Below are positions 28,472 to 41,128 of a stretch of 64,000 nt of DNA, in pieces. The notes beneath the pieces were generated by a model that was not told the origin of the DNA, made no database searches, and saw nothing but the letters and a program-made list of their open reading frames with translations. The stretch spans positions 15,218,172-15,282,171 of the forward strand of contig CM119268.1 of the NCBI GenBank assembly GCA_051294375.1, in the 5' to 3' direction. A program made the translations under genes and the position numbers. Numbering within the stretch: the stretch's first letter is position 1; every line of letters begins with the position of its first letter. The DNA comes from Paraspadella gotoi. Taxonomy: Eukaryota > Animalia > Chaetognatha.

Positions 28472-28948
28472 CCGGAGAGCTCAAGCAAAATAAAGCCAAT
28501 ATAAACGTTAGAACTTTAGGACTTTTTGTTCGAAAAACGAAAGAAAAAAAGCGGAAGAAAACAGAAAAAGTAAAAGGAATCGTTTGACGACTCATCTTGT
28601 TTCATTTATTTTTTTAAAGAAAATCTTTTGTGAGTCGGCGAAAAAAAAATGATGTGGTAACCGGCAATTTATCACGACGGTCAAAATAATCTAAGCGACC
28701 AACGACGTATCAGAAACGAAGCTCTTTTCTTTTATCAAATTTACGAATTAAATAATTAATTAACCCGACGAAAAAAATAATTTCATGTGTGACGTGAAAC
28801 TTTCCTCCTCCAGAATCGCGGATCCGACAATATTTCTTTCGCGGACGCCGACGACAACAACAACAACGAAATCGCAAGAAGCGGAAAAAACCGGAAAATC
28901 AGTTTTTCTGAGGTTCATAGACGAGAACGGGACGAGAAGAAGGCCGGT

Positions 28949-29062
<114 letters not shown>

Positions 29063-29434
29063 GAGGAAGGGACCGAATGGGGATGAGGAGGAGAAGGAGG
29101 AGGATCATCGAGCGAGAGTAAAAAACGAGGATCTCACAGCCAAAGAGGGGGACCTCCGGATGTAAGAGAGAGATTCGCGCGTGAAAGGGATGTAATTGAA
29201 GGAGAATTAATGGTCACGAGTTCTCTTCTCAAACTTGCGACTTCTTCGAGTGAACCCGGAAAAGTTGGAAAAAGAAAGCGAGAAAAAAAGCCAAAGAAAA
29301 GGGTGAGGGAAGGGAATGAGAGAAACAAAGAAATGCCCATCTTTAAATTTATTATCTATTAGTTACAAAGAAAAACTTGGCGTCACTTTCCCGCCTTTGT
29401 TTTGCATACCCTAAAACACACTATTTTTTATCGC

Positions 29435-29467
<33 letters not shown>

Positions 29468-30634
29468 TCTCTCTCTCTCTTCGTCTTCTCTCTCTCTCTC
29501 TCTCTCTCGTCGTCCCCCGTTCTCATCTCTCTGCTCTCCGTGTTCCGTTGAAGGGATGACGCAAAAAATTAAGTACTAATCCGGGGATCATCTCCGCTTT
29601 TATGATTCGATTCTCTGTGATTCTCTGTGATTCTCTGTGATTCTTTGTGATTCCCGACGCATTCCTCTTCGCTTTCGGGATGATGAATCGTTTTTTTTTC
29701 GGTCGCATTAAAAATTGGGCACTATATTCCGATAACGACTCATTTTGGTTCCTTGATCCGTAAATTTTATTTTAATTTATTTTTATTTTAATAAGTTATA
29801 TTTAACCGTAACTTATTTAATATTTAGCCTAATTCTTTACCTTCATCCCTAACCTCAGCCAAGTGCGTAATATAATTCGCTTACTTAATCTTTATCACTA
29901 ACTTTATCCACTAACTTTATCTCCTTAATATTTCTCCATAATTCCCAACCTAATCCTAAACCCTTAATCTAATCCCTAATCTAATCCTAAACTTTAATCC
30001 CAAACTTTCTTTTGTCCCTTGCCAATTAGTGTCTTTTGGTTTATTAGTTAAGTTCTCGTGTTTATTTAAAACAAATATACGAAAATGAGATTTCTTGAAC
30101 GAATTTTGGTGCGAGGTGGGGTCCTCGAACCCACCCTGTTTATTCTCTTCTGACTTGGGAATCACTTTAAAGATTCACTTGTATCGATGCTCCTAACACT
30201 AAACTTTAATCTGTAACTCTTGTTTTTCCTTGTAATTTGACTATCATTGTTCTCACCGTCTCAAGTACTTCTGCCCTTAGGTATTATATGTAAGGCGCCT
30301 ACAATTTATACGAACAGCTGCAGAACATTTCCATACAATGAATGTCGCATTGGTTACTCGAAGCTTTGTATTTTTTTCTGCACATACTATAGTAATTTAT
30401 ATTTCTATTTCTGTTTCTACTTATATAAAGTAAGAGCAAACATCGCTGGAAAACGTGCCTTTGTGATGATTGAATCCTTAAAGTCAAAATAAGAAAAAAA
30501 GTCTAACAATGAAAAATAAATAAAAAAAAGAGATGGAATCTCTTTTCTTGTCTGGAAAGCCACAAAAGACGAAACACAAAAGAAATGAGTCATCCGAATA
30601 AAAATGAATAAAAAAAATACAAATAAAGATTAGA

Positions 30635-30770
<136 letters not shown>

Positions 30771-33596
30771 GGGAAGTTGAACGACAGAAAACTAAGTAAA
30801 GACAAATAAAAACTAGTAGCAGCGTTTATACAAGAAAATCGCTTTTAATGCTTTTAATCCATTTGAAAATTTATTTTTAATTGTTATAACTCAATATTAT
30901 TATAATTCATTTTTAATGATTGTAATCATATTAAATCAAAAACAGATTTTTTTAATAAACTGATATTTCACTATATTGTTATTGCATATATTCATAGGTT
31001 TTAGTTCTCCACTTATTGTGTCAAAAATAGTTCAATATAAAATTCAGGTTCGCAATTTATAAATTTACTAATCGGAGGTTCAACAATCGGCATCATAACT
31101 TATTTAACGACCTTTTTCTTTTCCGTAAAATAAGAATTAATATTGATTAAAGCCGCGATCCTTATCGAAAATATCAAGCCTCCTTTTCGGCGTGTTTCGA
31201 TTAAATCAAGACCAATGGGATCATCCGTAGCTTCAGGGCAAATCGACAAAACAAAATAAAAAATTTCATCAAAATATAGAACGGAAGAACATAGAAATGG
31301 AAACTGAAGGACGAAGAACAAAGATAAAAAAAGCGGAAGTGGAGGACAAAAGAAATAAAAAGAATATAAGACGGATACGAAAGGCCCGTATATAAGCTCG
31401 ATATAAGCGACGCGATAGTTTGACGTTTTGGGAGTAAGGGGTGGCGAAGGGTGGCGAGAGGGTGGTGAAGTGGCAAGGGGTGGCGAGGGGGTGAACAGAG
31501 AGGAAAAAGAGAGTTGCTCACTAGAGGGGGCTCCAGTCGGTCTGGACTTTTTTGACACTTCCACCGCCGTTCGTGAATTCTAAGATTAAACGCCGACCGT
31601 CATTTCCTCATAGCACTGCGGCTACAACCCTTTGCTCTGGCACCGCTGCCATTGTTTGCCACCCCTGAACTCCAGAACCAGCCACTTCCGCCGCCGCCGC
31701 CGCCGCCGCCGCCGCCGAATTTCGCGATGATTTAGTTCTTAGTTTTCTCGTCAATTATCCGCGTATGATCGCTTCTTAATTCCGCCACGGAAAACGAAAA
31801 CGACGAATCAGATTTTCCAGGATGGCACTTTCGGTCTTTATTGTCGTAAAAAAGTGGCATGAGGCCAACGCAGAGAATAGGGGGTTAAATGAAGGGGTTA
31901 AAGGGGTTAAATGAATATGGACGGGAAATGCGATACAATAATAATGAAGAAAATATTATTAACTAACTAAACCGAAAACAACTTTGACAGCTGAAAATAT
32001 TGTACCAGTTCTTATGCTATAGAGTACATAATAAATTGGATACGTTAGAAGTTACCATATAATATACATTATAAATACGTAAAAAATAATCTATAACCCA
32101 ACTCTACAAATATTTCAAAATCTAGCAAAAAAAAAAGATTTTATGTATGTGCGACGTTTGCTGCGTTTAAAAAAAAAAAAGAGGAAACCAAACAGCTTAG
32201 AGTTTGACGGGAAAGATTGACGTTTTCTATTTCCGCAAGAGAAAGATTAATTTTTCCCAAAGAACGAAGCTAGGTCCTATAAAAGGGAACTCTCTAGCGT
32301 ACAATATTACGGGTGTAGGCTCCTCTTTCTCAATTAAATGAGTAAATATATAATAATCATTAAAAGAAAAAAAAAACAGTTAAGCTTTATGTACCGACTT
32401 AGAATTTAAATTGTATTGTAAAATGAGAGTAAATTCTATACAAGCAATAAAGTTCGAATTGGAAATCAAAATTGTAGGTAAAATCTAAAAAAACGATAAA
32501 ACACTATCCAACCTTGAGTCATTTACTTAAGTACTGTATGTAAATGAGATTTTAGTCACTTCTACCCGAATGAACAGCTGCCGATAAAATTTTTATTTTT
32601 ATTGAAATCTCACCTCACTCCCTTTCAAGTGAGTCATCCAATCTTTTTGCCACCAAAGGTTTATGATCAAAACCTTACCAAAAAAAGACCTTGCCACCGC
32701 CACCCTTGTCTTAACTCCTCAACTTACCCAAAAGCGGACGTTTCCTTCCCCTCTAAGCCGCAACCTCCAAGAAAACTCTTGCTCATTCCTCAATCTTCTT
32801 TCACGAGAAGTAAATATCCCTCTAGTCTCATGTTTGACATAAAAGCCAAAAAACAGATTTTGTCATCAAACGATAGACAAAGGCCGCGAGACGAAAAGAA
32901 ATTACGAAAGTAAAAGGAGAAAAACGATAAGGCTTAAAAGTCACGCTCTTTCTCCAACGTTCATTTTTTTTTGTTTAAGCAAATATAGTTTTTTTTCATA
33001 ACAAATAAATTATATTAATGTTGGAATGAATGGTGCAATCTATTTTATTCAAGATTTTTTTATTTTCAATTTTCATCTTCTTGGCAGCTTTTTCAATTTT
33101 TTTAGTTTTTCTTCCGGAACATTTTAGAGTATTCCTATTTATTTCGCAGTGATATCCTTCTTCATCTCACAAATTTTTCAGTATTATTTACCTTTTTATG
33201 CCACTTTTCCACTTTCCTCTTCAAACTTTATGTTTCCTCTACAATATTTTTCCCAAATATTGTTTCCTTTCGCATTAAATATCTCATTCTCACCAGTCTT
33301 TTTATTTCTTCTTCCATTCTTTCCCACTCTCTTAACATTTTTCCTCACTTCTTTTCACTTTCCCTCTTCTCGCGCAGAGACGTGCCCCCGCACGCGTCGC
33401 CATTAAAGATCTGTGTCAACGGCTCCCGCTGCTTCTTTCTCTCCCAGTTCCGCGGGTCGACGTTCGCCCCAATAAATAAAAACAAATAAATAAATAAATA
33501 AATAAATGAAGCCTCTTGGCTGGGTTTCCCTCCCGCTTCGCTTCACCTTAAGTCATCTCTTTTTCCTTTAGCCAGACGAATCCATTTCCTTCCTCA

Positions 33597-33645
<49 letters not shown>

Positions 33646-35001
33646 TCTCTTTCTTCCCCTCTCTCTTCCCCTCTCTCTTTCTCTCATGCTTTGTGTTTCG
33701 GAGAGATGTTTAACTGTTGTAAAAAGATTGTCAACAGTACAAATTTAAAAATTACTTAAAAAAATATAGAAAACTGGATTTTAGATTTCTTTCAATAAAT
33801 TTGTAATTCGGTCGTTCTTAATGTGAATATTGACGGAATATGGCATGTTGTTTGATCGTTCGCACTTTTAAATTCTGACACCCTGAGCGTCGTGACGAAT
33901 CATTCCGAGTTTCCATTATTTTCGGTGTATTTTTTTCTTGTTTAACTTTTTCATTGCTTTACGAGTCGTTTCGTACTTAAGAAAAAAAAATAAGGAACCG
34001 GATAAAATAGAAGCCAGTCTTACTTTTAGCAATTTACATTTTTAGTAGCAGAAGTGAGAGGGCTGGACCAAATTTTTATTTCCCTAACTTCCTTTGTATC
34101 TTTTTATCGCTAACTTCCTTCGGTTGTAGATCGTTCAATTTATTGTGAAATTTTTTTCATTACAAGTGTTTACATATTTTTTTCGTTTATATAAAATATT
34201 TTTACTGTATCGCTTTTACAAAAATATTTCATCGTGTTGCAAGATCAATGCTTGTTTTGTCTGAGTTATATAAACATCACTGTTAATATTTTTATTTTTC
34301 GATCTACATTTTTCTAAATTTTATTATCATGTGAAAGTTACTTAAAAAAATGCTTTGTATCGCTACAAATATATTTGTAAATAAAAATGTGATAGTAGAC
34401 GGTGACAAAAAGGATAGAGACTTGGGAATTCAAAGGTGACATTCTGTACAGGGGAATGCAAAAGGGACTTAGATTGCGAATCAAAACCTTAGAAAAAAGA
34501 CCGATGAGCAAATGAAAGCAGTTTGTACGTTTTTTGCCAGTTTTTTTTTTCAAATGACTTTTTTTTCGGCATTAAGTGTGACAAGAATGAATATAGTAAT
34601 AATGATATGTAATATTTGATAATTTCTGCTGGTTTCGCAAAAACCAAAGCATTAGGCCAAAAATTTGAGCGCTTCAATCCAGAATTTTTATTTTGCTTGA
34701 AATTTTTTTTCAATTTCAGCAATTATTAATAGAGTTTAAATCAATATCACTTATTCAACGAAAGTCAACCGTGCGGTAACCCCGTGCCAAAATAAAAACG
34801 AAAAAAAAAGCTCACATCCGCAAAGAAAGCTAAAATAAATAAAAAGAAAAAACCGATTAATTTATGAAGACTAGTAACATGGTAATGAAATTTGGCGCAT
34901 AAAATCGAATGTAACGTTTTTTAAGTTACGGGGGAAAAAAAAATTCCCGACAGGATGGTTTCAAGTTAATTTAAGTTGCACTAAGCACAAAGTTTCTACG
35001 T

Positions 35002-38000
35002 TCATAAACAAGTGATGACGGAGAAGCTTTCGTTGTTGTCGACTCTGACGTCTTCGTTGGATTTTTTCGCCGATTGTCCCTTCAACGCCTCGTTGCGGTT
35101 TCGCGGCGACGACCGCTCCTTCACAGTCGACATTTTGACCCCGGCGCCGGGGGGCGTGTCGAGCCCGGCGTCGTTGGCCGTATCGTGAAGAATATGCTTC
35201 TTTTCCCGATTGAGATAATGATGATGATGAAGATGATTAGAATGATGATGATTCTGGTGATGGTGATGATGATGATGGTGATGATGATTGTGATTGGACT
35301 CTCTCCTCTTTGGCCCAATATCCACGCAACTGAGGGACAACTTTTCCGTTTCTTTTCCTTGCCGCCCGGAGAGTGCTCGTTCGAGGTTGTCCTTTTCGGC
35401 CTCGGCGTTTTCGAGATGTTTCAACGACGATAGATAACCCCTTTTCGTGTGATGAGTGAAGCCGTTCCGATGATGATGCGGCAATAAAATCTTGTAAGAA
35501 TCTTTCCTATGAAGAGCATTCCTCGTCATTTCCGGGTTACTGCCCATGAAGGTTCGGCCCCGCTCGTGCTTCAAGTACTTGTTAAAGTTGTGCCCTTTCA
35601 ACGAAAGCGTGTTTGGACGAGTTGCTTGTCGGCAAGACTCGGACCTTCCGACGGCGGAGCAGTTGCGCTCCGAAGCATCAGTGTCCGACGAGCAACTGGA
35701 GGAGTTCCTTCGCGATGATGAAGACTCTGAAGTTTGGTCGTTTTTCTTATCACAGACTCCTTTAGTTATATCCTCATCTTCGGAGGAAAAAGGGCGAAGA
35801 GAGGAACGAGTTTGAAGACCCTCGGCCTCCAAATTGTTCACCTTGTTCTCGGTCGCGTAAGTTGAAGAGAGTCTTTGGACAGAAGACGTCGAAGCGTCGA
35901 CGTTTTTGTTTTTTGGGTGAAAATTTTCGTCTAAATTTTTGTGCAGCAGGTGCGATGGGAGTTTGGACCGATTGAAGTTGGTCTGTACGGGGTTGTGAAT
36001 CAAGGTAGAGGTCGCTTGATTGCTTTGCTTCTCCAGCTCGCCGGCAGGAATCCTGGTGTTGCTACGCGGAGGACTCGTAATGAGTTTGAGAACGTTAGAG
36101 TTTCCATCAGAGACACTGCGCTGATGGTGGTTCTGTGGATGGTTTAAAGTTTCCCGTCCCGTCCGATGGTCACCAACGATTTGTTTCACACTGGTATTGT
36201 CCAAGACGTTGTTCTGATTTACAGGAGGTTGCGGGTCAACAGGGGCATTGTTTTGATTTCCATTCAATGACTGAGGGATAGGGGACGATTTTTTTATGCC
36301 TAAAAGGTCGGCATATATGTCTTTCCCCTGTTTTCTCCACCATAAAAACCGTCCTTTGAGGTTGTCATTTTGATATTGATCATTATTTATCACTCGTATT
36401 GTGCCAGCATTGTTGGGCCTCTTGGGGTTTCTAATGTTTAGGGAGTCAGGTCTTTGATTGTGAAAGCTATTAGATTGTTTGTTTTCTTGTTTAGGGCGCA
36501 CTTGGGGCATGCTTTGAATAAAAGGTTCATTGCTGTTAGAAAGAATGTCACTGTTTATCAATGATGACTCTAGATTATTGGCAATTTGATGAAACATTTC
36601 TGAAGTCACTTGCAATGGGGGAGAAAAACTGTCATCATCTCCACTGCTGCTAGATCCCTCAACCAAAGTGTTCCCCTTTACGGTGACCGGTCGTTGTGGC
36701 TTTACATGCAGTGTATTGCGTTCCATTGTTAAATTTCTTCCGTGGTGAGGTTTAAGCAGAGGCTGATTTTTTTGAAACATAAAACTGTTCATCATTTGAT
36801 GTCTTAAAGCGGGAGCTTGACTTCCACTACTTGAACTACCCGTAGACCTTCCAGTGTGGTCAAAGGGCGTACTTAAACTTACATAAGTTTCCACTGTGCT
36901 TTCACTTACACTCTGTTCTCTCCTTGCATCTACAGGGGAATCAGCTACATTACCATTTCTGTCAATGGTAGATGTACCGCTAACAGGGCGGTTATAATCC
37001 AATATTTGCAAGTTTGCAGAAATTCTTTGCTCAATATTAGGATTATTAGATGTTGGATTGATAGTTGTGGGACTACAATTTCCACCAAATTGTTTGTCCC
37101 ATAAATTTCCCATTTCATTTATTCTTTCTTCTATGCACAATGCAGTTAATCTTGCCTCGGCATCTTGATCCCAGCAATCCTCAATGGTTTCCTTCAATGC
37201 TCTGACCGCGAGATTGTTATCTCTCCACACTTCGGGAAAACGAGGTCGTTTCTTGTTTTTTGACACTGTCATTTGCATTTCCTCAAAAGTAGGGTGAAGT
37301 CCCAGTTCTTTCTGAAAAGGTAGCATGTAATCTGGCGTTTTTAAACTTTGAAATAACGCGGAACACCTCATGGCGACTTCCCAAAATATCAGGCCGAGTG
37401 CATAAATGTCAATTTGTTTAAGGGAGGATTCGCAGTCCCTGAGATTGACTGCACCATCTAAAACCTCGGGGGCCATGTACCTCAGTGTTCCGAGGCGCCC
37501 AACATCAGCTAACACAGAGTTTTCTGCTACCTCGAGCTGCCCATTTTTTATTATCTTACATCCATATATCTTTTGGGCAAAGCCAAAATCACAAATCACC
37601 ACGTTCAAATCTTCCTGAACCAGGATGTTGCGAGTGTTTAAATCTCGGTGAGCCAAGGCCGGCTTGTACTTTTCTCCCTTCCTTATATCCGTATGAAGGT
37701 GAGCCACGCCCCGGGAAATATTTTGACAGAACCGATTAAAGGTCTCCCAATCTAAAATATTAGTTTTAAGATATTCGTGAAGAGATTTTTTGGCGACATA
37801 GGGCATGACAAGGAGACATTCCATTCGACCTGTGTCCACGGCAAGCCTCTCTTCTGCACCAATCAATCTCAAGATGCTAGAATGATCCATGAAGGGACAG
37901 TTGTAAATCTCTTTCTCATTAAGGTACATGTTTCGGTAAATATCCTTTTCATAATTGCTGCGACTCACTGTTGAATAAAGTTTTACAGCTACATCTTTTT

Positions 38001-38922
38001 CTTCCAAAGTTCCAATCCATACGGTAGCATAGCGACCACGGCTGATCATCTCAACCAGCTTTAAATTATCTAGATCCATTGAGGGAGCAAAATTTTCTTT
38101 CAATTCCTCATTAGAGCCTGCTTCGCCATCCTTTGGTGGAAAAGAGCCAGATTTCCGTGAAGCAAAGCTAACAACTGCAGCGACAATCCCGATAATGACC
38201 GCCGACCCGATGCAAATGGTCATAATGAGCACATTTCTTTCTCCAAAAGAGTTCGGGTCTGACTGGACGGCCAAGTCAGCCGCTGCTTCTTCTACATCAG
38301 GAAGAAAGGGAATGCTGAAATTCGAATTACAATCTGGCTCAGTGCAGCAACACCAAAGCGTCTCGCCGAATGATTGCGTTGTTTGCTTGGTCGTTGGCAC
38401 GCAAACGTCTTTGGAACAGATGGCACCCTTCAATTGCCAGCATCCCTGACGCAGCACGGTTGCCAGAGTCGTATTCTCGTCTATGGTTTCTACCTTCCAC
38501 CAAGTGTAGCATCCAGAATGAGGAAGTGCGCATCGCATAGTTCGATTGTCCGGTAATACAGTACCGAGAAGAGTTCCGCGACCAGATATATGTCGTCTTC
38601 GTCTTTGGTTGACTAGTTGGTTGTTTTCATCGAAATTGTGCGGAATTCGACTAAAATTAGATTCATTTGTTGAAACATTAGGTTCTCGAACATCTCCGCC
38701 GTGTTGGTTGTCGACAATATCATCAGCAACATCTTCTTCGTAAACGTCGTCGTCCGACCGGTCCCGCGATTGCAGATTGTTCTGATACGCGCAGACCATT
38801 GCCCCGTCGTCGTCGTCTTCTTCGTCGTCTCCGTCAACGACGGCGGCGTCGGCGATTCCACATCGGTGAGGCGGCATTGTCACCATCGTCAGAAGAAGAA
38901 TTACGATAACTTTCGACGGCAT
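35002..38922 (-). CDS. BMPR2: BMP type II receptor (BMPR2/wishful thinking orthologue), single-exon CDS, 1306 aa
   Basis: Signal peptide; ectodomain with QGCW and CCCxxxxCN; transmembrane helix; no GS box; kinase motifs RGRY, VAVK, HRDLNTRN, DFG and YMAPEVLDGAVNLRDCESSLKQID; long C-tail with PHHGRNLTMERN and RPNTLSL, ending in CL. Confidence 0.95.
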   Translation of the reverse strand: MPSKVIVILLLTMVTMPPHRCGIADAAVVDGDDEEDDDDGAMVCAYQNNLQSRDRSDDDVYEEDVADDIVDNQHGGDVREPNVSTNESNFSRIPHNFDENNQLVNQRRRRHISGRGTLLGTVLPDNRTMRCALPHSGCYTWWKVETIDENTTLATVLRQGCWQLKGAICSKDVCVPTTKQTTQSFGETLWCCCTEPDCNSNFSIPFLPDVEEAAADLAVQSDPNSFGERNVLIMTICIGSAVIIGIVAAVVSFASRKSGSFPPKDGEAGSNEELKENFAPSMDLDNLKLVEMISRGRYATVWIGTLEEKDVAVKLYSTVSRSNYEKDIYRNMYLNEKEIYNCPFMDHSSILRLIGAEERLAVDTGRMECLLVMPYVAKKSLHEYLKTNILDWETFNRFCQNISRGVAHLHTDIRKGEKYKPALAHRDLNTRNILVQEDLNVVICDFGFAQKIYGCKIIKNGQLEVAENSVLADVGRLGTLRYMAPEVLDGAVNLRDCESSLKQIDIYALGLIFWEVAMRCSALFQSLKTPDYMLPFQKELGLHPTFEEMQMTVSKNKKRPRFPEVWRDNNLAVRALKETIEDCWDQDAEARLTALCIEERINEMGNLWDKQFGGNCSPTTINPTSNNPNIEQRISANLQILDYNRPVSGTSTIDRNGNVADSPVDARREQSVSESTVETYVSLSTPFDHTGRSTGSSSSGSQAPALRHQMMNSFMFQKNQPLLKPHHGRNLTMERNTLHVKPQRPVTVKGNTLVEGSSSSGDDDSFSPPLQVTSEMFHQIANNLESSLINSDILSNSNEPFIQSMPQVRPKQENKQSNSFHNQRPDSLNIRNPKRPNNAGTIRVINNDQYQNDNLKGRFLWWRKQGKDIYADLLGIKKSSPIPQSLNGNQNNAPVDPQPPVNQNNVLDNTSVKQIVGDHRTGRETLNHPQNHHQRSVSDGNSNVLKLITSPPRSNTRIPAGELEKQSNQATSTLIHNPVQTNFNRSKLPSHLLHKNLDENFHPKNKNVDASTSSVQRLSSTYATENKVNNLEAEGLQTRSSLRPFSSEDEDITKGVCDKKNDQTSESSSSRRNSSSCSSDTDASERNCSAVGRSESCRQATRPNTLSLKGHNFNKYLKHERGRTFMGSNPEMTRNALHRKDSYKILLPHHHRNGFTHHTKRGYLSSLKHLENAEAEKDNLERALSGRQGKETEKLSLSCVDIGPKRRESNHNHHHHHHHHHHQNHHHSNHLHHHHYLNREKKHILHDTANDAGLDTPPGAGVKMSTVKERSSPRNRNEALKGQSAKKSNEDVRVDNNESFSVITCL

Positions 38923-39872
38923 TTCGACGTTTTCTTTATCTCTTCCGCTTTCAAATTTGACTAGACGATATGCTTAAATTATGATTTTTGAAATGAGTTT
39001 TTGTTTTTTTTAAAGATTCCATTTTTTTCTTTCTGTTCCACGACTACCAGTCGAGGGATGAAGGAAAAAGATTTCCAGGGCCCACACAAGTTGGCCTCTC
39101 ATCGTTTCTGGCCAAAGAAAGAAAGAGTTAATCGAAAGTCCGCGACTGGCTAAAAAAATATGGCCGCCTTTAATTCCACTGTCTTTTTTTTTCTCTCTGT
39201 GTCTGTCCCATTTGAATATGTTGATGGGCTTCTGTGTTCGGGTCGAGACCGAGGCTTCAGGGTTAAAAAGTCCTCGTTGCAGTAGGGCGGCCCCGTATCG
39301 AGCATTCGCGAGTGATAGGGTAAGGTTGGGAAGAAAGGTTAAGAGGGGCAAAAGTGACATCTGTGAGAAAGAGAGATCAGATTTCTGTATTAGAAATAAG
39401 AATAGTATTTTTGAAAATTTTATCATTATTTAAGGTTAAACTGAACGTAAAACCTATTAAAAAAGCCCAAATTTATGTATCAGTTCTCTTTGTTTTTTTA
39501 AAAATATTTTTATTTCGTTTTGCTGTTAATTTTCATTGGACGATGCTCTTTTGTCAAAAAAAAGCATTAACGAAAAACAACGCGAGGACCGATTGGCTTC
39601 TGAAAGTTTAAATAAACGAAGCGGTTCATAGACATTCCCTCCTGGCCCTGCTTGGCTTCCTAGAGGGATGCCTTCGTTTTCAACGTATGGGTTTTAATGG
39701 TAAAATTTTGGAGCAAAATGGACGGCGCACTTGTTTTTTTCCTTCACTTTTAGTTTTTATTTCTTCATTTTGAAATTAAGAATGTCTAACTCGGGTGAAG
39801 AAACGTGTGGATTTCCTAGAGAAGATTGAACGACTGGAAGTAAGTAAACTATTTGCCCCTTATTATTGAGGC

Positions 39873-39954
39873 TATGTTATGTTATGTTATGTTATGTTAT
39901 GTTATGTTATGTTATGTTATGTTATGTTATGTTATGTTATGTTATGTTATGTTA
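39873..39954. repeat. (GTTAT)n pentanucleotide repeat
   Basis: About 16 copies; a reverse-complement copy lies at ~52387-52471. Confidence 0.95.
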
Positions 39955-40152
39955 ATTTTTATTGAGAAAATGATTTTTTTTCCCTATTTCACAGTTTGTA
40001 GGACAAATTTTGTTGTCTGAAAACTCTTTATTTCTTTAAAAACCAAAACGCGGTAATTTTAGCTCAAATTAAATTTAAAGGTTTAAACCTTTTATTTATG
40101 AAATGACATTGAATAATCTTTCGTCTTTAGCCGTCATTATCCTCCGATTGAA

Positions 40153-41128
40153 ATGGCGACGATCGACGACACTCACCGCCCGCGGTTCGTCAACTCAAGG
40201 CTCCCACAACAACAACAACAGCAGCTGGATCCTCACCCTGCTTCGCGGTCGAGAATTAAAGAAAAGTTTCTGTCGCAGCGAAACTCCTACTCGACGGCGT
40301 CGCGCAAACGCTTTTCGTCTTCGGCGGCGTTGTCGCGCCACCCTAGCGCCGCCGTCAGGTCCGCCTCGGCGTTGCCGGCGCCGTTCACTCCTTTCGACGC
40401 CAAAAGCCGATGGCAACCGCAACAAAACCAGAGGCAGACTAAGAGCTGCACGGCTTTGAAGGATGTGACCTCCAAAGTCGTGAATCGGGTCGTCGACGAG
40501 GACGACCGACTGCGGAGAACCAAAGCGTCCGTCGACGTCCGGATCGAAGACGACGAAACCTTCGGGCGTCAATTTTCGGTGACGTCGAAAAAATCTTCGC
40601 ACTCGGAAGGAGATCAACTGAATCATAAAACTGGGACGGCTTCGATCGATGCGTCTAATAAAGATTCAAACCCGTCAATGAATATGATTAAAAGCAGCAA
40701 TATTAGTAGCGGGGTCGTAACAAGTGAAAAATTTAATTACCACAACCACATTTCCAAAAGGGAGCTAAGTTTAAAAAATTCAAGGCCTTTGAGTTGGACG
40801 GGAAATCACAACGCAATCGCTGGGTCTCGTCTCAAAGAGAGTTTGACGCGAAATTTGTCCTCAAATTTGACTGAAATTCCTTCGGAAAATTTGGCGGGAA
40901 ATTTGGCGCAAAAGTCGGAAAGGAATTGTAAAGAGAATAAAGTAAAAACTTCGGGAGAAAATTCGACTTGGGGTTCGAATTTCACAGGCAATTTGAATGC
41001 GAATTCTGCGGCGCCAGAGATTTCTGGTGGCAAATTCGCCGTAGAAGGCATCCCCGGCGCGGCTGGCGCTGCCTCCGCCGCCTCCGCTGCCTCCGCCGCC
41101 GAATTTCCACGACGAACCGTTCCGCGAC
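40153..41128 (+). CDS. 5' half of a Ser/Arg/Asn-rich protein with a C-terminal PDZ domain (continues in reverse complement of 46246-44944)
   Basis: ORF MATIDDTHR...AEFPRRTVPR. The copy at 52177-49845 continues directly into LESNLSKFSRGYNN and on to the PDZ, so the ORF-track tail 41129-41283 is chimeric. Confidence 0.75.

Noticed and set aside
29840-30010. Telomere-like CCTAA repeats
   Set aside because: Too degenerate and short to call an interstitial telomere.
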